Part shown: positions 25,721-39,730 of the stretch, piece by piece
Numbering within the stretch: the stretch's first letter is position 1
How the letters are laid out: each line of letters begins with the position of its first letter
NCBI RefSeq assembly: GCF_004010195.1
Contig: NC_057746.1
Span: forward strand, 17,603,327-17,667,326
Source: Chiloscyllium plagiosum
Taxonomy: Eukaryota
Reading direction: 5' to 3'
DNA length: 64,000 nucleotides
The notes under the pieces: generated by a model
What the model saw: only the letters and a program-made list of their open reading frames with translations
Told to the model about the DNA's origin: nothing
Database searches by the model: none
Made by a program: the position numbers and the translations under genes

Positions 25721-26635
25721 TCTTCTACAGCAATCATAGAATTCATCTGAGTTAGAAAGTCTGGGTTCAAGTTCGACCGCTCTAGAGGTGTGTTACAGCA
25801 CCTCTAAACAGACTGATTCAAATATATCCGGATAAAGAAACGAGATTTGGGGATGTAAATTGGTCTTCTTGAGGGTGTGCGTGAGATTTTTTAGTTGGTG
25901 TGCCTTCCAGAGGCATGTTTTAGGTAGAGCTGTGGTAATTTGGCCCGGAACAGAAATATCGAATTCAACGTTGGGCAGTCTGGGAAAAGTGGAAACGGAA
26001 GGATCCGTAATTCAAAGGTTAAAAATATGGGCATGCAGGTTTGAGATGAGGAGAGAGCTCTTCACAAACAGTACTGTTTGTCAATGAATTAACCAGAGAC
26101 TGAGATCGGTAGATTAGTCAGCAATTGCGGATGCAACGGACATATCGAGTTGATGTACTTAGGGTTGATCGTTTTAACCAACCTGTTCAGATATGCTATT
26201 TCACAAGTCTGGGATTCGATGGGTTTTGAAATGGGTCGCCTGGCTCAAAGCCTTGGACACTGCCAATGTGCCACGGGCACAAATCTCGTTAGCTGCCTTG
26301 GAAGTGCATGTATTTCTCTCAGAATGGAGCCAAAACGTTAAGTCTAATTTCTCTCCACAGATGCTGCCTGACCTGCTGATAGTTTGCACACATTTCTGCT
26401 GCAGTCTCTCAGTATTTGTTCGGTGTACGGGATGTGTGTGCCTGTGATCTTTTTTAATCTATGAACAATATACTCCTGTCTCCATTTGAAGCGTGTCTGG
26501 TTGTACTTCTTCCATGTTTTGTTCTCGCTATTTGGGCTCAGTATAAACTCTGGTTGAAACGTCTATCTTTGCTGTCACATTTCAGAAGTATGCTGTTACT
26601 TTTAACAGTTTTTTTTTAGCTAACACGTCTATTAG

Positions 26636-26845
26636 CCAAACAGGTTTATTTGGAAGCATGAGCTTTCCGACCGCTGCTCCTTCATCAGGTGGTTGTGGAG
26701 ATTGTAAATACAATTTTATACTCCACAACCACCTGATGAAGGAGCAGCACTCGAAAGCTACTGCTTCCAAATGAACCTGTTGGACTATAACCTGGTGATA
26801 TTTAGCTTTGTACACCCCAGCCCAACACCGGCGTCTCCAAATCAT
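26636..26845. mobile_element. Palindromic Penelope-derived element (second family) with a hammerhead-like motif
   Basis: Inverted arms around ~26710; CTGATGA-aGGAG cagc aCTC-GAAA-GC-TA at 26733-26760; flanking duplication gtctattagc. Confidence 0.72.
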
Positions 26846-27366
26846 GTCTATTAGCTATTGAGCGATCAATCTCTTTTTCATACCTGATGAAGATACTACA
26901 AACGCTTTTATTTATTTCAAGATATCTAGAAAATATTGTCTCCCGTTGCTACTCTACATCCGCACTGCGTTCCACCAATCTCTGCTTCAAGTGTAATGTT
27001 ATTTCTTTTTCCCTGCTGCTTTTTGCAAGATAAGTTTTAAAGTGATGACTCTTTTGTGGCAGCGGTTCGGAATGATTGCATTCCATTGATCTCGGTTTTG
27101 TTGGTCGTTTAACGAGTAATTGACGTCTTCAGTCACTTTAAATGTATTTGCTGGACGGAGGTTGGTGTTTAGAGTCCTCACACACTCTGCGACTCTGATC
27201 TCCAGCACTGCCGGCCTCACCTTCTCTGGAGATTGGTGGTTTTTTTTGAACAATGGTCTCTCCGAACAGCATGTCTCAGGTTGTGTTTTAGACGCTGCAC
27301 TGTTCCTGACTCGCGGCTATATACTCGATTTGCACCAGCTCATTGCCAAAACTTTAACCTTAATAG

Positions 27367-27534
27367 GGTGATGATGGGGTTCAATACGCCGAGATCAATG
27401 TGCAGGAGGGTACTCGATGGAAGCGCCCGGTGGATAAGCAGACGATGGTGTACGCCAAAGTGAAGAACGAGCCATTCATCCCAGCGAAGGACCGCCAGAG
27501 GGCGATAGATGTCATGCCCGAAGATACCCCCTGA
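27367..27534 (+). CDS. Inhibitory NCR3-like receptor, exon 7 (ITIM-bearing terminal exon)
   Basis: ccttaatag| phase 0; encodes GDDGVQYAEINV...QTMVYAKVK...PEDTP*; AATAAA at 27793. Confidence 0.82.
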   Translation, partial: GDDGVQYAEINVQEGTRWKRPVDKQTMVYAKVKNEPFIPAKDRQRAIDVMPEDTP

Positions 27535-29249
27535 CCTCTCCCGTTCACCATCACACCGGTCTCTGGACTTTAATTTCGAGGGTAACTCTGGGAAGCGACA
27601 GGAACTAGGGTGCTGGTGACAAATAGTTGCTCACGTGTCATCTGCCTCGCTGCCTTCCATCCGTTTACGCCCATATGTTGCGAGGACTTGAGCTCTCCAA
27701 ATTCTTCACGTTTAGACTGTTCCGTTATCAACTCTTCCTGCCTTTGCATGAAATGTATTCGTCCTCTCTTTTGTGCGGTATTTGACCACATGAATAAATA
27801 GGTTGAAGCAGATGTTAAACCCGCAGTCAACATCTTGAGTCGCTCGTCGCTCTCCAAATGCGCTCAGTTTCTTTACATAATCCAATCAGCATATCGAACT
27901 GATGCTCCCTTTTGAGCGAATCCTTCTGTAACTCTGACGCTATGTCTGAGCAGTATGATATTTAACCCGACAGATAAATTCTATCTGCAATGGAATATGT
28001 CTCTTTAATGAAAGGGGAGCCTGCAAAGAGACTGAAATATAGTGGAATTTCCTGGGGAGAGTGTATCACATCTAGCAGCTGCTCCCTCCGCCATTGTTGA
28101 CATTATGGAACCCCAATATGTGAAATCCGTGAAGTGTCATAAAGGCTTCCTCCCTGAGCTCTCAGTGAGGAACCTTCTAAACAAGCAAACAAATCCAGGT
28201 GCCACATCATTGTCAGAAAAGATGTCAAGGATACTGTTGGGGCCCTGTTGTGGCGCAGTGATAGTGCCCTACCTCAGGAACTGGAGGCCCATTATCCAGT
28301 CCCCCCTGCCCCAGAGCACTGTAATAACATTTCTGAACAATTTGATGAAAAAATTTTTAGATATAAAAAAGGATATTAAGAGGGCTCTTGTAGAGCACCC
28401 ATATCATCCCTCGTCCTGAGCCAGAAGGTCCACGTGCAAGTTTCAGTTCCTCCAGAGACGTTCCATAATATCTCTGGGCAGATTGATTTTTATTAAAAAA
28501 GTTTATAAATCATAGTGACCAAAATCAGTGGCCACTTGCACTAACAGGCCAAATAGACCATGTCCATTGTGAGACCAATCATAATGCAGAGAAACCAAAT
28601 CCAGGAAGCACTTCACCCTACCTGATATAATCCAGCATTTTCATAGTCTCTGAAGCCAATTCCTGGAGTCACAAGTACTCTGACAGCATCCAGAACCCAA
28701 GTAGATTCAGGCGGTCATGTCTCAGTCATAATCATATCACCTTTTAACTCTAATGCAAGTGGTCAACACCAAAATCTGAAATCCTAACTACAATCCTAAT
28801 ATTTAACAGCAAGACACTAACCCACCTGTTTCTCACTTACATACTGCCAGGAGGTACCATCATCCCTATCCATTACTCCACTGTTACTCAATTATCAAAC
28901 TAGTTATCATGCTTCCACAACACAATTAGCTGAAATTACCTACAATAAAACGTTGTGATGGTTAAACCTGCCACTTTCAGTTGATATTACAAATTATATT
29001 CTCTTTTTACTGAGTCCATCCCTCTCACTGGGAACTGCCTGAGGCTGAATTACACTCTTCACAATATTGCTCTCATATCTGCCCCCAAGATAAATACCTG
29101 ACATTATGGCTACAGATAACACACATCAGGAATGTCAATCTTAAAAATACTGCTTGTCTCCACCTCACCCCAGCTCAATTGCTACTGAAACCCCTTACCC
29201 ATGTCCGTCTTGCCTTAAACCTGACAATTCCAAAACAGAACCCTTGATC

Positions 29250-30275
29250 AGCGAGCTTTGAGAAGATTTGTACCTCAAGTTGAGGTTCTGGATGTAGGTT
29301 TGCTCGCTGAGTTGGAAGGTTCATTTTCAGATGTTTCATCACTAAAGAGGAGGAAAACAACAACAAACTGCCAATCCTAGATGTCACAGTTTGAAACCAG
29401 CATCTACAAGAAAACAACACATACAGACCAAATATTGAACCAATCACCCCAACATCCACAAACGAAACTGCTTCAGAACATTATTTCAACAAGCCACCAC
29501 ACACTGCAGCATAGAGGAACTACGCAGAGATTAGGAAAATCACCAATACAGAGTATTCACAAAGAATGTGAACCCAAAGAACACAGTCCGCTGATTTCTT
29601 AGCAACAAACCCCAACGAGCAGATAAAACGCGTCCAGAAACCCTAACCACTCTCCCCTACATCAACGACATCTCGAAAATGACTGCCAGATTACTCAGAC
29701 CCCTTTGGCATCATGGTAGCCCACAAACACACCAAATCACTAAAACAGTAGCTAATGAACTTGAAAGACCCTAGACTGACAACAAGCAAAGCTAATGTAG
29801 TTTACAAAATACCGTGCAAGAACTGTAACAAACACTACATTGGACGAACATGCAGAAAACCAGTCACCAGGATACACGAACATGAGCTAGTCACAAAACG
29901 ACATGACCCTCTCTCACTAGTATCCTTACATACTGATGAGGAAGGACACCACTTCGACTGGGACAGCTCATCCATCCTAGAACAAGCCAAACAGAGAATT
30001 CCTAGAAACATGGCATTCCAACCAGTACGCTGTCAACAAACACATTGACTTGGAATCCATTTACCACCCCCTGAGAAAAAGAACAGGAAATGACATCACC
30101 GTAGGAAATGACATCTCCACAGGAAATGACCCAAAGAAACCAAAATGTATAAACAGAAAGCAGTAATCATCCGCAGTGCTTCATCCAGAGGCTCACTGTA
30201 GATGTTACCCAGTATCATTACAAAATGTCTGAAAATGAACCATCCAACTCAGCGAGCAAACCTACATCCAAAACC
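29250..30275 (+). mobile_element. Penelope-like element remnant (RT C-terminus plus GIY-YIG)
   Basis: TSIYKKTTHTDQIL and NVVYKIPCKNCNKHYIGRT..RIHEH motifs; short inverted terminal repeat (29285-29340 vs 30225-30272); same family as 1145-2055. Confidence 0.85.
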
Positions 30276-31143
30276 CTTGATTCCACGACTGACCAAGAAT
30301 TTGATCATAAACTCTACCAGGATGGGAAACACTTTCCCAGTATTTATCATGCTAAACTGCTTAAGAATTTTGTACGTTTAAATGAGATTACATTTCAGTC
30401 CTCCAAAATCCAGTGAGCAGATTCACAATCTGTTCATCGTTTGCTTAACCAATCATCCCTGCATACCAGGGATCATCCCAGTGAATCATCTCTGAAATGT
30501 CTCCAATGAAGTGACATATTTCCTGAAATTAGGGGATCTACATACTGATGAGGAAGGACACCACTTCGACTGGGACAGCTCATCCATCCTAGAACAAGCC
30601 AAACAGAGAATTCCTAGAAACATGGCATTCCAACCAGTACGCTGTCAACAAACACATTGACTTGGAATCCACCCCCTGAGAAAAAGAACAGGAAATGACA
30701 TCACCATAGGAAATGACATCTCCACAGGAAATGACCCAAAGAAACCAAAATGTATAAATAGAAAGCAGTAATCATCCGCAGTGCTTCATCCAGAGGCTCA
30801 CTGTAGATGTTACCCAGTATCATTACAAAATGTCTGAAAATGAACCATCCAACTCAGCGAGCAAACCTACATCCAAAACCCTTGATTCCACGACTGACCA
30901 AGAATTTGATCATAAACTCTACCAGGATGGGAAACACTTTCCCAGTATTTATCATGCTAAACTGCTTAAGAATTTTGTACGTTTAAATGAGATTACATTT
31001 CAGTCCTCCAAAATCCAGTGAGCAGATTCACAATCTGTTCATCGTTTGCTTAACCAATCATCCCTGCATACCAGGGATCATCCCAGTGAATCATCTCTGA
31101 AATGTCTCCAATGAAGTGACATATTTCCTGAAATTAGGGGATC
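29927..31143 (+). repeat. Near-identical ~610-bp tandem duplication (29927-30538 / 30539-31143)
   Basis: Identical 63-aa ORFs at 30225 and 30830; only a 7-bp indel and about two substitutions seen. Confidence 0.92.
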
Positions 31144-33191
31144 AAAACTGCTCACAATACTCCAGATGAGGTCTCACCAGTGCTTTATACAGTTCCACTA
31201 AGACACAGACTCCAAAATGTTCGACTACAAACATCTTGAAATAAGGAACAGCATTTCATTAGCCTTCCTAATTACCTGTTGTAATTGTGTGCTAGTTTTC
31301 TGTGTTTCTGGCCCAACTACCCCCGGTCCTTTTGTGGTGCAACTTTCTACAGTTCTCACTGTTTAAATAGTTCTCTTCTTGTATTATCTCCGCCGAAATG
31401 AACAGGTTCACATTTTCCCAAGTTCTACTCTAATTGCCAACGTGTTGCCCACATCCCAAGACCACCAGTGAGATGAATGTATGTTTTAGCGCCTTAATGT
31501 ATAATTGTTGTGAACAAATATTCCACAGCTCCCCTCGATTTCCTTTCCTACAAGGAGAATAATCTTAGTTTCTCCAAACCCCTGATTCCCCAACGTCTGT
31601 TTGCTGTCTAAAAAGTACACATCAGGATTGTGTTGGAACATTCTCCACTTGCCTGCATCAGTGCAGCCACCAACAATGTTAAAGAAAGTGAATTTCCTAC
31701 AGGTCAAAGGACTGTGACTGAGTGGTGTCCCAACCACTACCTTCAGCATCCCCTCTTTCCATCACCAAAGTGGCATCAATGCGTAAAAGGTAAAGTCACC
31801 GTTGCCCTACCAGAGCATAGGACTGCACTCTTTGGGGAGATATAACTGATGGTAGTTTAAACTGAAGGTTACTACAGCACTGGCAAGGGGAGAGATTGAG
31901 AAGGAGAATTGAATATGGATATCCTGGATGTATAAGAGCACCACCCATTTCACATGAATGAATAATGTAAAAACAAACCCTAAGCCTGCAACTGAATTCC
32001 CCCTTTTTTTGTACTGTTCTGGTAAATCTCCTGAGCCCCCTCTCAGGGATCCTGCCATCCTTCCCAATGTGTGGGTTATCTCTGGTTCGCACAGACCAAG
32101 ATGCTCTGCGCTCATTACACGGTAACAATTACACTGACCCTCAATGTCCATAAGGGTGGGAGACACAGAAATCCTGATAAGATGCATTTAGATGCACACT
32201 TGTGATGCCAATGCAGACAAATCTATGGGCCAAGTGCAAAATATCATTAGAATGCTCAGTACTGGCACAAGCCCGATGACCACAGAGTATTTTTCAGTAA
32301 TATTGACCTTTGAGACACTGAATATAGGAACATAACAAGCCACATTTGAAACCAGGTCATGAGAAGGTGATGTTAGAATAGATGACTCTTAGATTGGTCA
32401 GGCTTTTTGGGGAGAGGAAAGTGAGGTGCAGACATGGGGCAATTTAGGAGAAAATTTTGGAGCCCGGGGTCCAGGAATGTAAGGGAGGCACTATAAAGAG
32501 AAATAAAAGTGGAGAATCCTCATCAAGATGGAATTAGGGGAAAGTACATTTTGCGGAGATTTGTGAGGCTTGAGGAGATCACTGAGATAGGAAGGTTCGC
32601 AGTAAAAATAAAAATGATGAGAAAAATTTGCATAACTTTAAATCGATTGAAATACTTGACAAGATAATATATGATTTTAACCACTAATCATCAGCTGTTC
32701 CAATATAGACAGCATCCCATAAGCACATTTAGGAAAATAGTTTTATTATGTGTTGTCTTTCTCCAGTCCTGCAGTAAGAAATGCTGAAAAAAAAGCTGCC
32801 TCTTCTATTTTAAAGGAGGCAAGCTGTGTCTAAATCTTAATGCGCAGCAGAGAGAAAGTGTTCTACCTATTAACATCAGCAACCAACTAACTCGAAATTA
32901 AACTGAAATCAAAATCCAAAGTTTTTGGTCCTGTGGGGCCTACTCATGCTTCTTTTGTCTATTTATTTTTTTAAAAAGTGGGCAACACACAAGCTGTTTG
33001 CCAACTATGACTGTAGCTGCCTGTCAGAATAAGACATTCTGGCACCAACACTCCGCAAGTGAAGCAGCACAGTAAACCTCTCGCTAAAAAGGCACAGTAC
33101 CATCACACATTGTAAGTATTTTATTTGTCACTTTCCTGCTATCCAACGGCAATATGCCTCTATGCCTCTCTTTGTCTGGTAAGGAAAGACT

Positions 33192-33228
33192 CAGAGAGAG
33201 AGAGATAGAGAGAGAGAGATAGAGAGAG
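33192..33228. repeat. (GA)n microsatellite
   Basis: Directly visible. Confidence 0.85.
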
Positions 33229-36200
33229 CTTGGCGATCCCAACACCAGGATAACTAGTGACTGTGGCTGCAAATTCTTTAAGATTTTCAAATCGATCATT
33301 TCCAACCCCCCTCAGTCCATTCCTTCCCTCGCACCACTGGCCTTACGGCCCTCAGTATCTCAGACCCCCGTTCCAATCAACCTGTTCAGAGACCACATAC
33401 CTCTCGAGTACGTGGGGATTGAACCCAGATGTCCTGGCTGAGAGATAGAGGCAATACCACTGTGCCCCATGAATGCAGAGGTCCCTGTAAGGACTGGGTG
33501 GTGATGTCAATTGTTGCCATGATGTCAGTGATGATGCAGGCGCCAGGAGCATCCACACCTAGATGATGTAAGGGTCGTCATCAATGTGGTAGAGAGTGTC
33601 AACCGTCGTAGGGATAAAGAAGGAGCCAGTGGGGTAAAAGTAGGTTCTCTGACTGAATGGCCTAATCCTATTCCGATGTCCCAACATTCAATTGTCATCT
33701 GGTGCTGAGTAAAATGTCCAGAAATCAGAGGTTCACGTCCCATTACCTCAGCTTGTGGACTGAGAATATACTTTGTAAATCTGAAGTGTCATGCCGTTCT
33801 CAACATTGGACCCCATCAAACATTAATTTTGATAGTTGTGTTCACAGCAGTCATTCAAGTCAGAAACATGCAGTCCTTATCTGGTCTGCCCAATATATGA
33901 CTCTAGTTCCTGCAATAAAGTGGGTGTCCCTGAAGTGCCCTCTCAAAATGTCTTGGCTGACCAAATTAGGAAAGGGCAACAAATGCTGGCCCTGCCACCT
34001 ATACCAGAATCCCATAAAAGAAATGAGCCCCATCCCAAGGAGTCTGCACACCAGTGCATTTGAGTGTGGGCAGGTACAAGGAGTTAGGCCACAGATCAGC
34101 TGTGATCTCATTGAATGGCAGAACTGGCTGGAAGGGCTGAACGGTCTCCTTCTGTTCTTATGTTCTGAGAGCTTGCTGTGCACAAATTGGCGAACGTGTT
34201 TCCTCTGTATCTAAAGTTGCTACACTTCGGGGGAAAAAGGCCTCGTTAACTGCAAAGTGTTTGGGAAGGGTCTCATTCATCACTCAAAACAGGAAACGTT
34301 TGAGAAATTCAACTGGTATGGCATCATCTGTGGAGAGAGGGAAACAGAAACAGAGATAGAATTAAAGTTTCACGTCTCAGGACCATTCTTCAAATTTTAT
34401 CACAATAATTGTGGCCTTTGCAATGTTAAGGTTTTTGACAGAAGAATGAAGGACGAACTCAGTTGGGTTTGTTAGTCAAAGCTTTTAAAAATTGATGAAG
34501 ATAAAAACATCGACTTTGCCCTTAATTTTTGTTGAAATAAAAGCATTTCAATTGAATTTACAATGGCTTTGAACTTCCTTCTAACTGCGTTTGCAGGTGA
34601 ACTTATTAGACACATACAGACACTTAATGATTAAAATTGTGCTGCTCAGCTCTAAGTAACTAACATTAAAGCTTTTCTCCATTTTGCAATTTCCACCTAT
34701 CTAACTAACTACCATTCAGCACATTCCTGTCATGTTTCGATCCATCTTGTTCTGTAAACGTAGTACGGATGATTGAGCTGCTTCCCTGAAATCCGAAACA
34801 TTTCAGCATTGTACTTGAAATTCGCAGGGAACACAAGAAGCACAGATTTCCAATAATGCCACGAACAGAAAGCAGAGGGATCGAGATCACTCCGCCTTTA
34901 CTGAATTAATTCGCCATTTTAATATCAACGCATCTCTGAAAACATGCTCTTGTACAGTTTTCTGGTTTCTCTGCGTTGTTTGCGAATAGCCCTCAGGGTG
35001 ATTTGATGACTCTCCTGCCAGCAATATCCTCCCCATAATGAACAGATAATACAAAAGGAATTAAAAGTCAGATAAACCCAACTCCCACTCCTGGCAATTG
35101 ATTCAATCGCTGGTCTTTCCCAGGCATCCACTAGACCCTCCAATTCTGAATTTTATTTTCTTTTGTTGCTGTATTTTCAGACGAATTCAACCAAAAAAAA
35201 AGGGTTTGTTAGCTTTCACAGCGACAATCTGCATTTTTGCAATGCTGACCTCTGCCTGCAAGTTTCGCTCCAAGCCACCCATCATCTCAATTTGGACATA
35301 TGTTGCCCTTCCTTCAGTGTCGCTGGGTCAACATCCAGAAATTCTCTCCCTAATGTTATTGTGGTTCAACCTTCAACAGACCGATTGCAGCGATACAAGG
35401 AGGCAGCCCACAGGACCATCTCAAGGGCAATGAGCTTCAGATGGTATATGCTGGCCTAGTGAGTGGCATCCGCATTTCATGTGCGAATAACATGAAAAAA
35501 AACTGTCCCAGTTCTCCTCATAAAGGAGGTTCCCCATTATAACCTGGCAGTCATTCACAGAATCAGGTGTTAAGCAAGTGTCCACCTGTCAGTGATAGCA
35601 CGCAGGTGACCCTGAGCTAGCTGCACTCACAGACAAATGTCCCCTCGTTATTGCTACATGTGAAGCACTTGGGACATGTTCCTGCGTTAAAGACATGAGA
35701 TAAACATAATTAAAAGCAAAGTATTGTGAATGCTGGAAATCTGAAATCCAAACAGAAACGCCGCAGCACTAACAGCATCTGTGGAAGGAGAAGCCGTGCA
35801 AAGTTCCACAGTAATGACCCAGTGTGAACCGTGAAAAAATTCTTAAAATGTGTTCTCCCTGTTCTCCTCACTGTCATCATAGGGTGTTTTGTTACTTGCC
35901 CTTTTCCATTCCTTGTTCCTTAGATTTCCACCTCCATCGCAGCAGTATCTGCGTAATCCAAGACATTTCCTTTCTCTTGAAACAGATCATTTTCGATAAA
36001 AAAAAACAACTCACTTGGCGAGAGAAATGACTTTGACCCTGACTTTAGCATCCAGCTCTGGTTGGAAGGAATTATGATCATACTTTTCTATGAGGCGACC
36101 TTGAAAAATATAACTCAGTTTGTGGCATCACTCACCCCCAATAGTGCAGTACAGCTGCACCGACCCCGCTTCTGTTATATAAACTCCTGTCTAGTGTATA

Positions 36201-36304
36201 TGTCCAGCGGACCCTTAAGGTATCAAGACAGGTGGATAAAAGGTGAGGAAAGAAAACAGTGGTATGGCCTGTCTTAGCCGAACCAGGGAGATTAAGTGCA
36301 ATGA

Positions 36305-36850
36305 GGTTATTCCCAAACTGTGTATTGGTTATATGTTGGAGTACACCGCTGGAGTACTGTGTTCTGGAATCCACGTCATAGGAGGGATATGTTAGCACAG
36401 AGAAGGCACAGAGGGGATTTACCAGAATATTGCCTCGGCTGAAATGTTTTTTAAATATAAAGAGACATTGGACATACTGTAATTATTTCCCTTAGAGCAG
36501 AGGAGATTGAGAGGAGACATGATTGAGAAGTATCAAATTATGAGAGATATAGACAGGTTAGACAGCAAAAAACGTTTTCCCTTTTGATGAAAGAATCAAA
36601 GACCAAGAGGCATAAGTTTAAGTTAAGGGGCAGGAGGTTTAGAGGCAATGTAAGGGAAAACTTTTCACCCGGACAGTGGTGAGAACCACAGCCTGTAAGA
36701 AAACCTCAAAACATTGAAGAAGTGTTCAGATATACGCTTGCGACATCAAGACAGATGAGGCTATGGGTCAAGTGATGGAAAATAGAGTTGGAATTATTCG
36801 GTCCTTATTTGTGACCGGCGCAGACACGGTGGCTGAAGAGCCGTTTTGGA
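36305..36850 (+). mobile_element. Degraded CR1 LINE 3' end
   Basis: LEYCVL, SLEQRRLRGDMIE and RGHKFK motifs. Confidence 0.75.
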
Positions 36851-37169
36851 CCAAAGATTTGTAAAGGTTACTCAAAACTTTTAATTTGATTCATGAGCTC
36901 ATTGTCTGGAGTATAAATGGAGCTGTGTAATCAACAGCTTTAATTCAACTGCAGATGTCTATATCAATATCAATTTCAATTCGTTCAATATCATCAGATA
37001 GAGTTACTGAGTGACCTTGAACAGTTTCAACAGATATTTACATTTCTGCAGGATGGAGCATGGTTTTATCAAACCGAGCAGAAGAGCAGAGATTAATGAT
37101 TTTAAGCTCTATGACATTCGTGCTGACATGAACGATTTAAAATGTTCACCCAAAAGGAGCACAGCTTTG

Positions 37170-37815
37170 GAAATAGACAAGACAATAGGTGCAGAAGTAG
37201 GCCTTTCTGCCCTTCGAGCCTGCACCACCATTCATTATGGTCATGGCTGATCATCCTCAGTATCTTGTTCCTGCCTTATCTCCATAACCATTGATTCCAC
37301 TATCTTGAGAGTTCTATCCAACTCTTTCTTAAACGGATCCAGAGACTGGGCCTCCACTGCCTTCTGGGGCAGAACATTCCACATACCCACCACTCTGTAG
37401 GTGAAGAGGTTTCTCCTCATCTCTGTCCTAAATGGCCTACCCCTTATTTTTTAGCTGTGTCCTCTGGTTTGGGACTCACCCATCAGCGGAAACATGTTTC
37501 CTGCCTCCAGAGTGTCCAATCCTTTAATAATCTTATTCGTCTCAATCATATCCCCTCTCAGTCTTCTAAACTCAAGGGTATACAAGCCTATTCGCTCCAA
37601 TCTTTCAACAAAAGATAATCCCGCCATTCCAGGAATTGACCTCGTGAACCTACGCTCCACTCCCTCAATAGACAGAATGTATTTTCTCAAATTTGGAGAC
37701 GAGAACTGCACAGGATATTCCAGGACTCTGTACAGCTGCAGAAGAACCTCTTTGCTTCTATACTCAATCCCTCTGGTTATGAAGGCCAGTATTATATTAG
37801 CTTCCTTCACTACCT
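37170..37815 (-). mobile_element. CR1 LINE 3' end (second family)
   Basis: ORF 37451-37810 has RGIEYRSKEVLLQLY..LEFRRLRGDMIET. Confidence 0.88.
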
Positions 37816-37924
37816 GTGCTGTGCAATGTCAGATCTGTGATATTGCTGGGTTGTCGACCCCATTGAAAAGTATTTAATAACCTTTTCTGATTCAATGTTT
37901 TCATTATTTCTTGCTCCCGAATTA

Positions 37925-39730
37925 TAGAACGTAGAAAATAGACCTTGGAACAATACAGCTCAGAACAGGCCCTTCGGCCCTCAATGCTGCGCCGACCTGT
38001 GAACTATTCTCAGCTTGTCCCCCTACACTACCCCAAAATCATCCATGTGTTTATCCAAGGATTGTTTAAATCTCCCTAATGTGGCTGAGTTGACTACATT
38101 ACCAGTTAGGACATTACACGTCCTTACCACTCTCTGCATAAAGAACTTGCCTCTGACATCTGTCTTACATCTATCACCCCTCAATTTGTAGTTATGCCCT
38201 CTCGTACAAGCTGCCATCATCATCCGAGAAAAAAACATTTCACTGTCTACCCTATCTGATCCTCTGATCATCTTGTATGTCTCTATCAAATCTTAACCTT
38301 CTTCTTTCCGGTGAGAACAGACCAAATTCTCTCAGCCTTTCCCCATAAGACCGTCCCTCCAGACCAGGCAACATCCTGGTAAATCTCCTCTGCACGTTTT
38401 CCAATGCTTCCACATCCAACTGTAATGGGGAGACCAGGACTGTACACAACATTCCAAGTGTGGCCACACCAACGTTTTGCATCATTGCAGCATGATATTG
38501 CGGTTCCAGAACTCAATTCCTCTACCAATGGAACCTAACACACCATATACCTTCTTCACAACACTATCCACCTGGGTGGCAACTTTCAGGGGATCTAAGC
38601 ACACGGACTCCAAGATCACTCTGCACATCCAGACTACCAAGAATCTTTCCTTTGACCCAGTATTCCGCCTTCCTGTTATTCTTCCCAATGTGCATCACCT
38701 CACATTTAGTTGCATTGAACTCCATTTGCCACCTCTCAGCCCAATTCTGCAGTTTATACAAGTCCCCCTGTAACTTGTAACATTCTTCCAATCTGTCCAC
38801 TACTCCACCGACTTTAGTGTCCTCTGCAAATTTACTAATCCATCCACCTATGCCTGTGTCTAAGTCATTTATAAAAATGACAAACAGCAGTGGTCCCAAA
38901 GCAGATCCTTTTGGCACACCACTAGTAACTGGACTCCAGACTGAATATTTTCCATCAACCACCATTTGCTGCCTTCTTCCAGAAAGCCAGTTTCTAATCC
39001 AAACTGCTAAATCACCCTCAATTCCATGCCTCTGCATTTTCTCCATCAGCCTACCATGTGGAACCTTATCAAAGGCTTTACTGAAGTCCATGTATACCAT
39101 GCCAACTGCCCTACCCTCATCTACATGCTTGGTCACCTTCTCAAAAAAAACTGAATGAGGTTTGTGAGACACGACCTGCCCTTGGTGAAACCATGTTGAC
39201 TATCTGAAATCAAATTGTTGCTTGCTAGATGATTATAAATCTTATCTCTTATAATCCTTTCCAAAACCTTTTCTACAACAGAAGTAAGGTTCACTGATCT
39301 ATAATTACTTGGGTCATCTCTACTGCCCTTTTTGAATAAGGGCACAACATTTGCAATCCTCCAATCCTCTGCTACAAAACCTGTAGACAATGACGACTCA
39401 AGTATCAAAGCCAACCGCTCTGCTATCTCCTCCCTGGCTTCCCAGAGAAACCTCAGATAAATCCCATCTGGCCCAGGGGACTTGTCTACTTTCACTCCTT
39501 CTATAATTGATAACACCTGTGCGTAACTAACCTTGATCCTTTCCCGTCTAATATCTCGCACCTCATTCTTCTCCTCGACAATATTCTCCTTTTCTTGAGT
39601 GAACACCGATGAGAAATGTTCATTTAGTACCTCTCCGATCTCTGCAGGGTCCACACTCAACTTCCCACTTGTGTCTTTGACTGACCCTATTACTACCCTA
39701 ATCATACTTTTATTCCTCACATATATATAC
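37925..39730 (-). mobile_element. 5'-truncated CR1 LINE (ORF2 RT, frameshifted)
   Basis: KSPGPDGI, DWRIANVVPLFKKG, YMDFSKAFDKVPH and SKFAEDTK motifs in ORFs 38564-39759. Confidence 0.95.

Noticed and set aside
33702-34214. 170-aa ORF
   Set aside because: No domain motifs; overlaps repeat-derived sequence including a CR1-like 3' end
34705-34890. Arg-containing hydrophobic ORF as another activating TM exon
   Set aside because: No convincing phase-compatible splice sites and no linked minus-strand V exon nearby
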